This document shows, one piece after another, positions 13,901 to 26,226 of a stretch of 64,000 bases of DNA. Source of the DNA: Eledone cirrhosa (Eukaryota); assembly GCA_964016885.1 (NCBI GenBank), contig OZ024764.1, forward strand, positions 28,830,001 through 28,894,000, read 5' to 3'. The notes beneath the pieces are model-generated. The model worked only from the letters and a program-made list of their open reading frames with translations, made no database searches and was not told where the DNA came from. Both the position numbers and the translations under genes were made by a program. The stretch's first letter is position 1, and each line of letters opens with the position of its first letter.

Positions 13901-16900
13901 CCATCTCTCTCTTCCTCTCTCTCGTTCCATCTCTCTCTTCCTCTCTCTCGTTTCATCTCTCTCTCTCGTTTCATCTTGCTCTCTCTCTCTCTCGTTTCAT
14001 CTCTGTCTTCCTCTCTCTCGTTCCATCTCTCTCTTCCTCTCTCTCGTTCCATCTCTCTCTTCCTCTCTCTCGTTTAATCTCTATCTCCCTCGTTTCATCT
14101 GTCTCTCTCTCTGTCGTTTCATCTCCCTCTATCTCTCTCTCGCTCTCTCGTTTCATCTCTCTCTCCCTCTCGTTTCATCTCGCTCTCTCTCTCCTGTTTC
14201 ATCTCGCTCTCTCTCTCCTGTTTCATCTCGCTCTCTACTCTCGTTTCCTCTCTCTCGTTTCCTCTCTCTCGTTTCCTCTCTCTCTCTCGTTTCATCTAGC
14301 TCTCCCACTCTCGTTTCATCTCGCTCTCTCTGTCTCGTTCCATCTCGCTCTCACTCTCTCGTTTCATCTCGCTCTCTCTCTCTCATTTCATCTCGCTCTC
14401 TCTCTCTCATTTCATCTCGCTCTCTCTCTCTCGTTTCATCTCGCTCTCTCTGTCTCGTTTCATCTCGCTCTCGCTCTCTCTGTCTCGTTTCATCCCGCTC
14501 CGTCTGTCTCGTTTCATCTCGCTCTCTCTCATTTCATCTCGCTCTCTCTCTCTCATTTCATCTCGCTCTCTCTCTCTCTCTCGTTTCATCTCGCTCTCAC
14601 TCTCTCATTTCATCTCGCTCTCTCTCGTTTGATTTCGCTCTCACTCTCTCTTCCTCTCTCTCTCTCTTGTTTCAACACTCTAATCCCTCACTTGTTTCAT
14701 CTCTCTCTAATCCCTCACTTGTTTCATCTCTCTCAGAATTATTAGCCACAGGGGCAGAGATGTCCATAACATTACATGTCAGAATTATTAGCCACAGGGG
14801 CAGAGATGTCCATAACATTACATGACAGATTTATTAGCCACAGGGGCAGAGATGTCCATAACATTACATGTCATATTTATTAGCCACAGGGGCAGAGATG
14901 TCCATAACATTACATGTCAGAATTATTAGCCACAGGGGCAGAGATGTCCATAACATTACATGACAGATTTATTAGCCACAGGGGCAGAGATGTCCATAAC
15001 ATTACATGACAGAATTATTAGCCACAGGGGCAGAGATGTCCATAACATTACATGACAGAATTATTAGCCACAGGGGCAGAGATTTCCATAACATTACATG
15101 ACAATTATTAGCCCCAAGGGCAGATATGTCCATAACATTACATGACAGACTTTCATCTCGCGCTCTCTCTCTCTCGTTTCATCTTGCGCTCTCTCTCTTC
15201 CTCTCTCTCGTTTCATCTTGCTCTCTCTCTCTCTCGTTTCATCTCGCGTTCTCTCTCTTCCTCTCTCTCGTTTCATCTCGCTCTCTCTCTCTCTCGTTTC
15301 ATCTCTGTCTTCCTCTCTCTCGTTCCATCTCTCTCTTCCTCTCTCTCGTTCCATCTCTCTCTTCCTCTCTCTCGTTTCATCTCTCTCTCTCGTTTCATCT
15401 CTATCTCCCTCGTTTCATCTGTCTCTCTCTCTGTCGTTTCATCTCCCTCTATCTCTCTCTCGCTCTCTCGTTTCATCTCTCTCTCCCTCTCGTTTCATCT
15501 CGCTCTCTCTCTAATGTTTCATCTCGCTCTTTCTCTCCTGTTTCATCTCGCTCTCTACTCTCGTTTCCTGTCTCTCGTATCCTCTCTCTCGTTTCCTCTC
15601 TCTCTCGTTTCCTCTCTCTATCGTTTCCTCTAGCTCTCACTCTCTCGTTTCATCTCGCTCTCTCTCTCTCATTTCATCTCGCTCTCTCTCTCTCGTTTCA
15701 TCTCGCTCTAATCTGTTTCGTTTCATTTCGCTCTCTCTCTCTCTCGTTTCACCTCGCCCCTCTCTGTCTCGTTTCATCTCGCTCTCTCTCTCTCATTTCA
15801 TCTCGCTCTCTCTCTCTCATTTCATCTCGCTCTCTCTCTCTCGTTTCATCTCGCTCTCACTCTCTCATTTCATCTCGCTCTCTCTCTCTCGTTTGATCTC
15901 GCTCTCACTCTCTCTTCCTCTCTCTCTCTTGTTTCAACACTCTAATCCCTCACATGTTTCATCTCTCTCTTATCCCTCACTTGTTTCATCTCTCTCAGAA
16001 TTATTAGCCACAGGGGCAGAGATATCCATAACATTACATGTCAGAATTATTAGCCACAGGGGCAGAGATGTCCATAACATTACATGACAGATTTATTAGC
16101 CACAGGGGCAGAGATGTCCATAACATTACATGACGAATTTATTAGCCACAGGGGCAGAGATGTCCATAACATTACATGACAGAATTATTAGCCACAGGGG
16201 CAGAGATGTCCATAACATTACATGACATAATTATTAGCCACAGGGACAGAGATGTCCATAACATTACATGACAGAATTATTTGCCACAGGGGCAGAGATG
16301 TACATAACATTACATGACAATTATTAGCCCCAAGGGTAGATATGTCCATAACATTACATGACAATTATTAGCTCCAAGGGCAGATATGTCCATAACATTA
16401 CATGACAGACTTTCATCTCGCGCTCTCTCTCTTCCTCTCTCTCGTTTCATCTCGCTCTCTCTCTCTCGTTTCATCTCGCTCTCTCTCTCTCGTTTCATCT
16501 CGCGCTCTCTCTCTTCCTCTCTCTCGTTTCATCTCGCTCTCTCTCTCTCTCGTTTCATATCTGTCTTCCTCTCTCTCGTTCCATCTCTCTATTCCTCTCT
16601 CTCTCGTTTCATCTAGCTATCACTCTCTCGTTTCATCTCCCTCTATCTCTCTCTCGCTCTCTCGTTTCATCTCTCCCTCCCTCTCGTTTCATCTCGCTCT
16701 CTCTCTCTGGTTTCATCTCGCTCTCTCTCTCTCTCCTGTTTCATCTTGCTCTCTACTCTCGTTTCCTCTCTCTCGTTTCCTCTCTCTCGTTTCCTCTCTC
16801 TCTCGTTTCCTCTCTCTCTCGTTTCATCTAGCTCTCACTCTCTCGTTTCATCTCGCTCTCTCTGACTCGTTCCATCTCGCTCTCACTCTCTCGTTTCATC

Positions 16901-19900
16901 TCGCTCTCTCTCTCTCATTTCATCTCGCTCTCTCTCTCTCATTTCATCTCGATCTCTCTGTCTCGTTTCATCCCGCTCTCTCTGTCTCGTTTCATCTCGC
17001 TCTCTCTCTCTCATTTCATCTCGCTCTCTCTCTGTCATTTCATCTCGCTCTCTCTCACTCTCTCGTTTCATCTCACTCTCAATCTCTCATTTCATCTCGC
17101 TCTCTCTCTCTCATTTCATCTCGCGCTCTCTCTCTTCCTCTCTCTCGTTTCATCTCGCGCTCTCTCTCTTCCTCTCTCTCGTTTCATCTCGCTCTCTCTC
17201 TCTCGTTTCATCTTGCGCTCTCTCTCTTCCTCTCTCTCGTTTCATCTCGATCTCTCTCTGTCTCGTTTCATCTCTGTCTTCCTCTCGCTCGTTCCATCTC
17301 TCTCTTCCTCTCTCTCGTTCCATCTCTCTCTTCCTCTCTCTCGTTTCATCTCTCTCTCTCGTTTCATCTTGCTCTCTCTCTCTCTCGTTTCATCTCTGTC
17401 TTCCTCTCTCTCGTTCCATCTCTCTCTTCCTCTCTCTCGTTCCATCTCTCTCTTCCTCTCTCTCGTTTCATCTCTCTCTCTCGTTTCATCTCTATCTCCC
17501 TCGTTTCATCTGTCTCTCTCTCTGTCGTTTCATCTCCCTCTCTCTCTCTCTCGCTCTCTCGTTTCATCTCTCTCTCCCTCTCGTTTCATCTCGCTCTCTC
17601 TCTCCTGTTTCATCTCGCTCTCTCTCTCCTGTTTCATCTCGCTCTCTACTCTCGTTTCCTCTCTCTCGTTTCGTCTCTCTCGTTTCCTCTCTCTCTCGTT
17701 TCATCTAGCTCTCCCACTCTCGTTTCATCTCGCTCTCTCTGTCTCGTTCCATCTCGCTCTCACTCTCTCGTTTCATCTCGCTCTCTCTCTCTCATTTCAT
17801 CTCGCTCTCTCTCTCTCATTTCATCTCGCTCTCTCTCTCTCGTTTCATCTCGCTCTCTCTGTCTCGTTTCATCTCGCTCTCGCTCTCTCTGTCTCGTTTC
17901 ATCCCGCTCCGTCTGTCTCGTTTCATCTCGCTCTCTCCCTCTCATTTCATCTCGCTCTCTCTCTCTCATTTCATCTCGCTCTCTCTCTCTCTCTCGTTTC
18001 ATCTCGCTCTCACTCTCTCATTTCATCTCGCTCTCTCTCGTTTGATTTCGCTCTCACTCTCTCTTCCTCTCTCTCTCTCTTGTTTCAACACTCTAATCCC
18101 TCACTTGTTTCATCTCTCTCTAATCCCTCACATGTTTCATCTCTCTCAGAATTATTAGCCACAGGGGCAGAGATGTCCATAACATTACATGTCAGAATTA
18201 TTAGCCACAGGGGCAGAGATGTCCATAACATTACATGACAGATTTATTAGCCACAGGGGCAGAGATGTCCATAACATTACATGTCATATTTATTAGCCAC
18301 AGGGGCAGAGATGTCCATAACATTACATGTCAGAATTATTAGCCACAGGGGCAGAGATGTCCATAACATTACATGACAGATTTATTAGCCACAGGGGCAG
18401 AGATGTCCATAACATTACATGACAGAATTATTTGCCACAGGGGCAGAGATGTACATAACATTACATGACAATTATTAGCCCCAAGGGTAGATATGTCCAT
18501 AACATTACATGACAATTATTAGCCCCAAGGGCAGATATGTCCATAACATTACATGACAGACTTTCATCTCGCGCTCTCTCTCTTCCTCTCTCTCGTTTCA
18601 TCTCGCTCTCTCTCTCTCGTTTCATCTCGCTCTCTCTCTCTCGTTTCATCTCGCGCTCTCTCTCTTCCTCTCTCTCGTTTCATCTCGCTCTCTCTCTCTC
18701 TCGTTTCATATCTGTCTTCCTCTCTCTCGTTCCATCTCTCTATTCCTCTCTCTCTCGTTTCATCTAGCTATCACTCTCTCGTTTCATCTCCCTCTATCTC
18801 TCTCTCGCTCTCTCGTTTCATCTCTCCCTCCCTCTCGTTTCATCTCGCTCTCTCTCTCCGGTTTCATCTCGCACTCTCTCTCTCCTGTTTCATCTTGCTC
18901 TCTACTCTCGTTTCCTCTCTCTCGTTTCCTCTCTCTCTCGTTTCCTCTCTCTCTCGTTTCATCCAGCTCTCACTCTCTCGTTTCATCTCGCTCTCTCTGA
19001 CTCGTTCCATCTCGCTCTCACTCTCTCGTTTCATCTCGCTCTCTCTCTCTCATTTCATCTCGCTCTCTCTCTCTCATTTCATCTCGATCTCTCTGTCTCG
19101 TTTCATCCCGCTCTCTCTGTCTCGTTTCATCTCGCTCTCTCTCTCTCATTTCATCTCGCTCTCTCTCTCTCATTTCATCTCGCTCTCTCTCACTCTCTCG
19201 TTTCATCTCACTCTCAATCTCTCATTTCATCTCGCTCTCTCTCTCTCATTTCATCTCGCGCTCTCTCTCTCTTCCTCTCTCTCGTTTCATCTCGCGCTCT
19301 CTCTCTTCCTCTCTCTCGTTTCATCTCGCTCTCTCTCTCTCTCTCGTTTCATCTTGCGTTCTCTCTCTTCCTCTCTCTCGTTTCATCTCGATCTCTCTCT
19401 GTCTCGTTTCATCTCTGTCTTCCTCTCGCTCGTTCCATCTCTCTCTTCCTCTCTCTCGTTCCATCTCTCTCTTCCTCTCTCTCGTTTCATCTCTCTCTCT
19501 CTCGTTTCATCTTGCTCTCTCTCTCTCGTTTCATCTCTGTCTTCCTCTCTCTCGTTCCATCTCTCTCTTCCTCTCTCTCGTTCCATCTCTCTCTTCCTCT
19601 CTCTCGTTTCATCTCTCTCTCTCGTTTCATCTCTATCTCCCTCGTTTCATCTGTCTCTCTCTCTGTCGTTTCATCTCCCTCTATCTCTCTCTCGCTCTCT
19701 TGTTTCATCTCTCTCTCCCTCTCGTTTCATCTCGCTCTCTCTCTCCTGTTTCATCTCGCTCTCTCTCTCCTGTTTCATCTCGCTCTCTACTCTCGTTTCC
19801 TCTCTCTCGTTTCGTCTCTCTCGTTTCCTCTCTCTCTCGTTTCATCTAGCTCTCCCACTCTCGTTTCATCTCGCTCTCTCTGTCTCGTTCCATCTCGCTC

Positions 19901-21792
19901 TCACTCTCTCGTTTCATCTCGCTCTCTCTCTCTCATTTCATCTCGCTCTCTCTCTCTCATTTCATCTCGCTCTCTCTCTCTCGTTTCATCTCGCTCTCTC
20001 TGTCTCGTTTCATCTCGCTCTCGCTCTCTCTGTCTCGTTTCATCCCGCTCTCTCTGTCTCATTTCATCTCGCTCTCTCTCTCTCATTTCATCTCGCTCTC
20101 TCTCTCTCTCTCGTTTCATCTCGCTCTCACTCTCTCATTTCATCTCGCTCTCTCTCTCTCGTTTCATCTCGCTCTAATCTGTCTCGTTTCATTTCACTCT
20201 CTCTCTCTCTCGTTTCATCTCGCTCTCTCTGTCTCGTTTCATCTCGCTCTCACTCTCTCATTTCATCTCGCTCTCTCTCTCTCTCGTTTGATTTCGCTCT
20301 CACTCTCTCTTCCTCTCTCTCTCTTGTTTCAACACTCTAATCCCTCACTTGTTTCATCTCTCTCTAATCCCTCACTTGTTTCATCTCTCTCAGAATTATT
20401 AGCCACAGGGGCAGAGATGTCCATAACATTACATGTCAGAATTATTAGCCACAGGGGCAGAGATGTCCATAACATTACATGTCAGAATTATTAGCCACAG
20501 GGGCAGAGATGTCCATAACATTACATGACAGATTTATTAGCCACAGGGGCAGAGATGTCCATAACATTACATGACGAATTTATTAGCCACAGGGGCAGAG
20601 ATGTCCATAACATTACATGTCAGAATTATTAGCTACAGGGGCAGAGATGTCCATAACATTACATGTCAGAATTATTAGCCACAGGGGCAGAGATGTCCAT
20701 AACATTACATGACAGATTTATTAGCCACAGGGGCAGAGATGTCCGTAACATCAAATGACAGATTTATTAGCCACAGGGGCAGAGATTCCATAACATTACA
20801 TGTCAGAATTATTAGCCACAGGGGCAGAGATTTCCATAACATTACATGACAGAATTATTAGCCACAGGGGCAGAGATGTCCATAACATTACATGACAGAA
20901 TTATTAGCCACAGGGGCAGAGATGTCCATAACATTACATGACAATTATTAGCCCCAGGGTCAGATATGTCCATGACAGAGTTTCATCTCTCGCTCTCTCT
21001 CTTCCTCTCTCTCGTTTCATCTCGCTCTCTCTCTCGTTTCATCTCGCTCTCTCTCTCGTTTCACCTCTGTCTTCTTCTCTCTCGTTTCATCTCTCTCTTC
21101 CTCTCTCTCGTTCTATCTCTCTCTTCCTCTCTCTCGTTTCATCTCTCTCTCTCGTTTCATCTCTATATCCCTCGTTTCATCTGTCTCTCTCTCTGACGTT
21201 TCATTTCCCTCTATCTCTCTCTCGCTCTCGTTTCATCTCTCTCTACCTCTCGTTTCATCTCGCTCTCTCGCTCCTGTTTCATCTCGCTCTCTACTCACGT
21301 TTCCTCTCTCTCGTTTCCTCTCTTTCTCGTTTCATCTCTCTCTCGTTTCATCTCTCTATGTCTCATTTCATCTCGCTCTCACTCTCTCTTATTTCATCTC
21401 GTTCTCTCTCTCTCTCATTTCATCTCGCTCTCACTCTCTCGTTTCATCTCGCTCTCTCACTCTCGTTTCATCTCGCACTCTCTCTCTCGTTTCATCTCTC
21501 TCTCTCACTCTCTCTCTCTCATTTCATCTCGCTCTCTGTCTCGTGTCATCTCGCTCTCTCTGTCTCTCGTTTCATCTCGCTCTCACTCTCTCGTTTCATC
21601 TCACTCTAACTCTCTCATTTCATCTCGCTCTCCCTGTCTCGTTTCATCTCGCTCCCACTCTCTCATTTCATCTCACTCTCTTTCTCTCATTTCATCTCGC
21701 TCTCTCTCTCTTGTTTCAACACTCTAATCCCTCACTTGTTTCATCTCTCTCTAATCCCTCACTTGTTTCATCTCTCTCTTGTTTCAATTCTT

Positions 21793-21824
<32 letters not shown>

Positions 21825-22100
21825 CCCTCTCTCTTTCTCTCCCCTCTCTCTGTTGTTTCATCCCCTTCTCTCCCCCTCTCTCTCTTCCCCTCTATCTCTA
21901 TTCCTCTCTCTCATCCCCTCTCTCTCTCTTCCTCTCTCTCTCTCTCTTCCTCTCTCCCCTCACCCTCTTGTTTCAACTCTCTCCTCGTTTCAACTCTCTC
22001 TCTCTCCTCTCGTTTCAACTCTCTCTCTCTCCTCGTGTTTCAACCATCTCCTCTCTTGTTTCAACTCTCTCACCTCTCGTTTCAACTCTCTCTCTCTGTG
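7921..22100 (-). repeat. Same compound satellite in inverted (TC-rich) orientation; 46-bp blocks of 8-13 copies; monomers ~1.25-2.25 kb
   Basis: Reverse-complement unit CAGAATTATTAGCCACAGGGGCAGAGATGTCCATAACATTACATGT (period 46, e.g. 7921 and 7967); blocks at ~7921, 9666, 11717, 12974, 14734, 15996, 18147, 20391; degenerates into GTTTCAACTCTC repeats at 21780-22100. Confidence 0.97.
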
Positions 22101-22294
22101 TCTCCAATGTGTATACCGATATATATACCGAAGAATGTACATAAACACACATGCATACACGCATGTGTATATATATATACATACATGTGTCTCTCTCTCT
22201 CCCTATATATATGTATATATGTATAAATATGTACATACATATTAGTGTATATATATTGCTATCTATATGCATATTTGTATAATTATACTGTATG

Positions 22295-22467
22295 GTGAAT
22301 TGGCAGTATCGGTAGAGGGTCTGACGCCATGCTTTCCAGCATAGTTACGTCCCTTTACGATCCGAGGTCAACTTTGCCTTTCATCCTTACGGGGTCGATA
22401 AAATAAAGTACCAGTAATGTACTGGTTAATTACTGACCTTGTGCCTAAAATAGAAACAATTATTAGT
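22295..22467 (+). mobile_element. tRNA-derived SINE, cephalopod-like (duplicate at ~42457-42629)
   Basis: TGGCAGTATCGGTAGAG head, body GAGGTCAACTTTGCCTTTCATCCTTACGGGGTCGATAAAATAAAGTACCAGT, ATT tail; homologous to the copy at 23148. Confidence 0.75.
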
Positions 22468-22993
22468 TCAAAGAGAAACCACCATCATAGAGAAACGACC
22501 ATCCTACCTGAAATATTATGTTATCATATTAAATATTTCTTATACTGTCATGTTTTTTCTTTAAAACGATTGCATTTCAATAAAGTGAAGAAAACTATTA
22601 TATACTGTTGTTATATCATTATACTTTAGTTTTAACTTATTATTTCTATGTGTATAAATATAATGTATGTAAGTGTGTTTGAAAATATATAATAATAATA
22701 TGCATGTTTGAAGCAGGGTTCAACTGAAATATCTACACCGGTAACTTAATTAGTGATACACCTTAGGCATAAACTATTTGGCATTCTTTGAAGGAGGTAC
22801 TAGGTTTTTCACTGTCTTAAATGGAGTATACACGCGCACACAATGCATATATATAAATTGTTTTTCTCTGTACAAAGAGATTGACATCATTTCTTAAATC
22901 ATTATTTAGGGTTTTACAACAAAACATATTGTATGTGTAATTATACAAATTGAATTTAAGTATTTATTTTAAAATTTTACATACTCTTTAGTA

Positions 22994-23034
<41 letters not shown>

Positions 23035-23041
23035 TTTGTGA

Positions 23042-23780
23042 TGCCATGCATTGTATTGTACACTTCGACATATGAATTACATTCATGCAACACTTCTCTT
23101 ATCATAGCCATTTTTTGTGGTGAGCAGTCATTATTTGTTGGGACTAGGGCAGTGGATTGGCAGTATCGGTAGAGCGCCAGACACCATGCTTTACAGCATA
23201 GGGTTATGTCCCTTTACGTTCTGGGTTCAAATCCCTCCAAGGTTGACTTTGTTTTCATCCTTATTAGGTCGATAGAATAAAGTACCAGTAATTGCTGGCC
23301 TTGTGCTAGAAACAATTATTTGGACGTACTTCCAATCTGTGCTACATACCTTCGTTCCCATCAATAATATATAACTGGCCATATTGTGGTGTATTTTCTG
23401 CAGGTTACAGAGATGGGGGTGTAGTGATATGTTTGACCCTGAATATGAAAGCTATACGGGCCTCTGCCGGGTGGTAACACCAAATGAAGTGAAATAAATG
23501 TAGTTTTAATTGCAGATGTTTCTGTGAAATCAACTGCTTCCTGGCCTCTTTCAAAGAGATTTCTCAGTCTCTCAGGGTATATTTGCAATGGTGGCAACAC
23601 AACCTTTCCTTTATTACAACAGTTACAATTTTCATTTCTAAATTTCAAAGCTCCACAGTGATCACACGAAACATTCATATCACTAATATGAAATTCTTCT
23701 ACATTTCCATTAATATTAATTGTTGGCCAATTTCTCTTACAACGCTCATTATCCATTCTTCTCTGTCTGAATGTTTTCCA
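23042..23780 (-). mobile_element. Helitron RepHel N-terminal fragment, cut by the satellite-bearing insertion at ~23041
   Basis: ORF 23361-23756 MNVSCDHCGALKFRNENCNCCNKGKVVLPPL...GRGPYSFHIQGQTYH fits the Helitron N-terminal CxxC...CCxxGKVxLP Zn-finger and GPYxFxIxGQxYH motifs. Confidence 0.88.
23148..23318 (+). mobile_element. tRNA-derived SINE inserted antisense into the Helitron ORF (also ~43267-43436 and 55910-56078)
   Basis: A-box-like TGGCAGTATCGG, B-box GGGTTCAAATCC; at the 55910 copy a 16-bp imperfect TSD: ATTATTTGTTGGTACT (55894) and ATTATTTGGTTGTACT (56079). Confidence 0.8.
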
Positions 23781-24089
23781 TTCTGTTGTTTATTATGTAA
23801 TTAAATAGCTCTGTACAATACATAGAGCACTCTTCTTTTCTTTACCTTTTCTATGGAAATACAAGAACAAACATATAAATATATATATATATGTATATAC
23901 ATAAACAAGACTGTTATTGCTCCAACCAGTCTATTTACCTTTGATAACTATCCTAAATATAAATACACCTATACCATACATACATATATCATATATGTTT
24001 TTGATGCCGTGGTATAGCAGAGATAAGCAAGAAGAGAAAAGAAAATGAAAAGGAGAAAAAAAAAGAAGTAAGAAGTCGGGGGAGGGACA

Positions 24090-24315
24090 GACACTTCACC
24101 CCAGTCTAAGTGGTCCCTCAGCCGCAACCTGTGGAAGAAACGTAAAAGCGTTACCTCGGAGCAAGGCCAGAGACACCTGCTACAATAGTCGCCCCTCCTC
24201 ATGAGGCTCCTGTCATCTTTCCTCCCGACTTTATGGAGGAAATCAGCAGTACAGGGACCAAGTATGGCAGAGGTCTCAATGGAGTGGAAGAGGTGAGTCA
24301 GGCCTTGGTACTATC
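24090..24315 (-). pseudogene. Decayed C-terminal end of a CRE-like non-LTR retrotransposon ORF (copies near 26787, 29510, 32225, 44257, 46840)
   Basis: Manual minus-strand translation YQGLTHLFHSIETSAILGPCTADFLHKVGRK / QEPHEEGRLL*QVSLALLRGNAF resembles the CRE tail ET.G..GP...FL...G..GEPRE..L.QR.S.A..RGNA. Confidence 0.65.
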
Positions 24316-24429
24316 TTACTATCCTCTGCATTGCGGGGTGTGGAGCCTAGGTTTGTGGCTGTAGCTATATTTGAACTTTTATATGAAATTTCAGCTTTAC
24401 ATTTTTCACATCATAAAACTTAATCTTAG

Positions 24430-24490
24430 TCTTTTGCAGCTCATCTTGTTTCATCTCGCAGCACACGATTCGGGAACCACTGCTCTAGAG
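24430..24490 (-). mobile_element. hAT/Charlie-like terminus remnant (in every 2.7-kb unit)
   Basis: ...GCAGCACACGATT(T/C)GGGAACCACTG (reverse complement CAGTGGTTCCC) followed directly by CTCTAGAG, which fits the NTCTAGAN target preference; opposite end not found. Confidence 0.55.
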
Positions 24491-24814
24491 ATAGAAAAAG
24501 TATATTTTATGCAGGGCTTCCCTGAGACATAAAAACTATTTCAAGAGATCGACATGGGTAGAAAGGTTGAGAAATGCTGCACAATGTTCTTTGGTTTTTG
24601 TTCACCTTTAAATAATCATGTATAAAATATCGGGTGTGCAAGATTTCATGAAAAGGTATAACATTATTTATGCTGATCTTGCAGGGACTAGCTCCAATTG
24701 AGAGTTGTACCAATTCCCACTAAACTCGAAACTCCTGGACAATATATACATATCTTTATAAGTTCCTGTGTATTGTGTCGCTGTATAATGAAACATAAAT
24801 ATATACCATGCATG

Positions 24815-25062
24815 TCAGTCAGATTTGAACTCACTATATTTGGCGTTTTATAGATATAATTTGTTTGTTAAAACAATTGATTAAATAATAACTAAATAAA
24901 ATTAATTCTACAATCCTGGATAGGGAATGAACTTATAACTGCATAATAGAAGCCATCTATTCGAGCAGTATTGCCATCTAAGCCACCAGGTTACTTACAG
25001 AACTTCATTCAAATATAAAATATAAAATATATGCCAGACATAGTGAGTTCGAATCTGACTGA
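24815..25062. mobile_element. ~248-bp MITE-like element with ~30-bp imperfect terminal inverted repeats (in every 2.7-kb unit)
   Basis: TCAGTCAGATTTGAACTCACTATATTTGGC ... GCCAGACATAGTGAGTTCGAATCTGACTGA; no clear TSD. Confidence 0.65.
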
Positions 25063-25144
25063 TTAGTTGGTCATTGTCCCAGCCAACAGTTTAAATCGCC
25101 AACCAGTAGGTGACATCGACTAGGTTGGGAAAACTTGGTTAAGT

Positions 25145-25288
25145 AGCTCCAGTTATTGCTACGTTAGACATATTCAAGACTTATCGACACTGAATGGAAG
25201 AAAGGTAAAGTTGAACTCAGAGTAAAGAACTGGAAAAATACTGCAAAGAATTCTATCTGATGTTCTAACAATTCTACCAAGTTACCTC
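25145..25288 (-). mobile_element. Older degenerate SINE copy, antisense (in every 2.7-kb unit)
   Basis: TTATCGACACTGAATGGAAGAAAGGTAAAGTTGAACTC...CTAACAATTCTACCAA resembles the reverse complement of the SINE at 22295. Confidence 0.55.
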
Positions 25289-25370
25289 ATGTATATATAT
25301 TTATATCTAGAGATAAGAAGAAAACTGAAAGAAAGAAAAGAAAAAAAATGAGACCTTATATGTAACCCAT

Positions 25371-26165
25371 GTTACAACTCAATATATATATATTTGGGTT
25401 GTAACATATTCCCGCCGGTGAAATAAAAATTTTAATAGAAAAACGGCGGGAATATATGTTACAACCCAATCTATATATATTTGAGTTGTAACATATATTC
25501 CCGCCGTTGAAATAAACATTTTAATAGAAAAACGGCGGGAATATATGTTACAATCCAATGTACATATATTTGGGTTGTAACATATATTCCCGCCGTTGAA
25601 ATAAAAATTTTAATAGAAAAACGGCGGGAATATATGTTACAACGCAATCTATATATATTTGGGTTGTAACATATATTCCCGCCGTCGAAATAAAAATTTT
25701 AATAGAAAAACGGCGGGAATATATGTTACAACCCAATCTACATATATTTGGGTTGTAACATATATTCCCGCCGTTGAAATAAAAATTTTAACAGAAAAAC
25801 GGCGGGAATATATATTACAACCCAAACATATGTAGGTTGGGTTGTAACATATATTCCCGCCGTTTTTCTATTAAAATTTTTATTTCAACGGCGGGAATAT
25901 ATGTTACAACCCAAATATATATAGATTGCGTTGTAACATATATTCCCGCCGTTTTTCTATTAAAATTTTTATTTCAACGGCGGGAATATATGTTACAACT
26001 CAAATATATATAGATTGGGTTGTAACATATATTCCCGCCGTTTTTCTATTAAAATATTTATTTCAACGGCGGGAATATATGTTACAGCCCAAACATATGT
26101 AGGTTGGGTTGTAACATATATTCCCGCCGTTTTTCTATTAAAATTTTTATTTCACCGGCGGGAAT
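25371..26165. repeat. Nested-palindrome minisatellite, 9 x 89 bp (5 forward + 4 inverted)
   Basis: Unit GTTACAACCCAA-(AT)-TTGGGTTGTAAC-ATATAT-TCCCGCCGTT-GAAATAAAAATTTTAATAGAAA-AACGGCGGGA-ATATAT; orientation flips near 25830. Confidence 0.95.
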
Positions 26166-26226
26166 ATATACCCTGAGAGACTGAGAAATCTCTTTCAAAG
26201 AGATTTCTCAGTCTCTCAGGGTATAT
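26166..26226. repeat. Perfect 30-bp-arm fold-back palindrome truncating the Helitron N-terminal ORF (also ~28863, ~31586, ~46229)
   Basis: ATATACCCTGAGAGACTGAGAAATCTCTTT-C-AAAGAGATTTCTCAGTCTCTCAGGGTATAT. Confidence 0.95.

Noticed and set aside
1-22245. Many long Ser/Leu-rich and Arg/Glu-rich ORFs (up to 595 aa)
   Set aside because: Artefacts of stop-poor (TC/GA)n repeats; open in several frames with no domain content
25371-26165. Palindromic 89-bp array as CRISPR-like repeat/spacer or as a coding region
   Set aside because: The intervening segments are near-identical, not unique spacers; short ORFs are incidental
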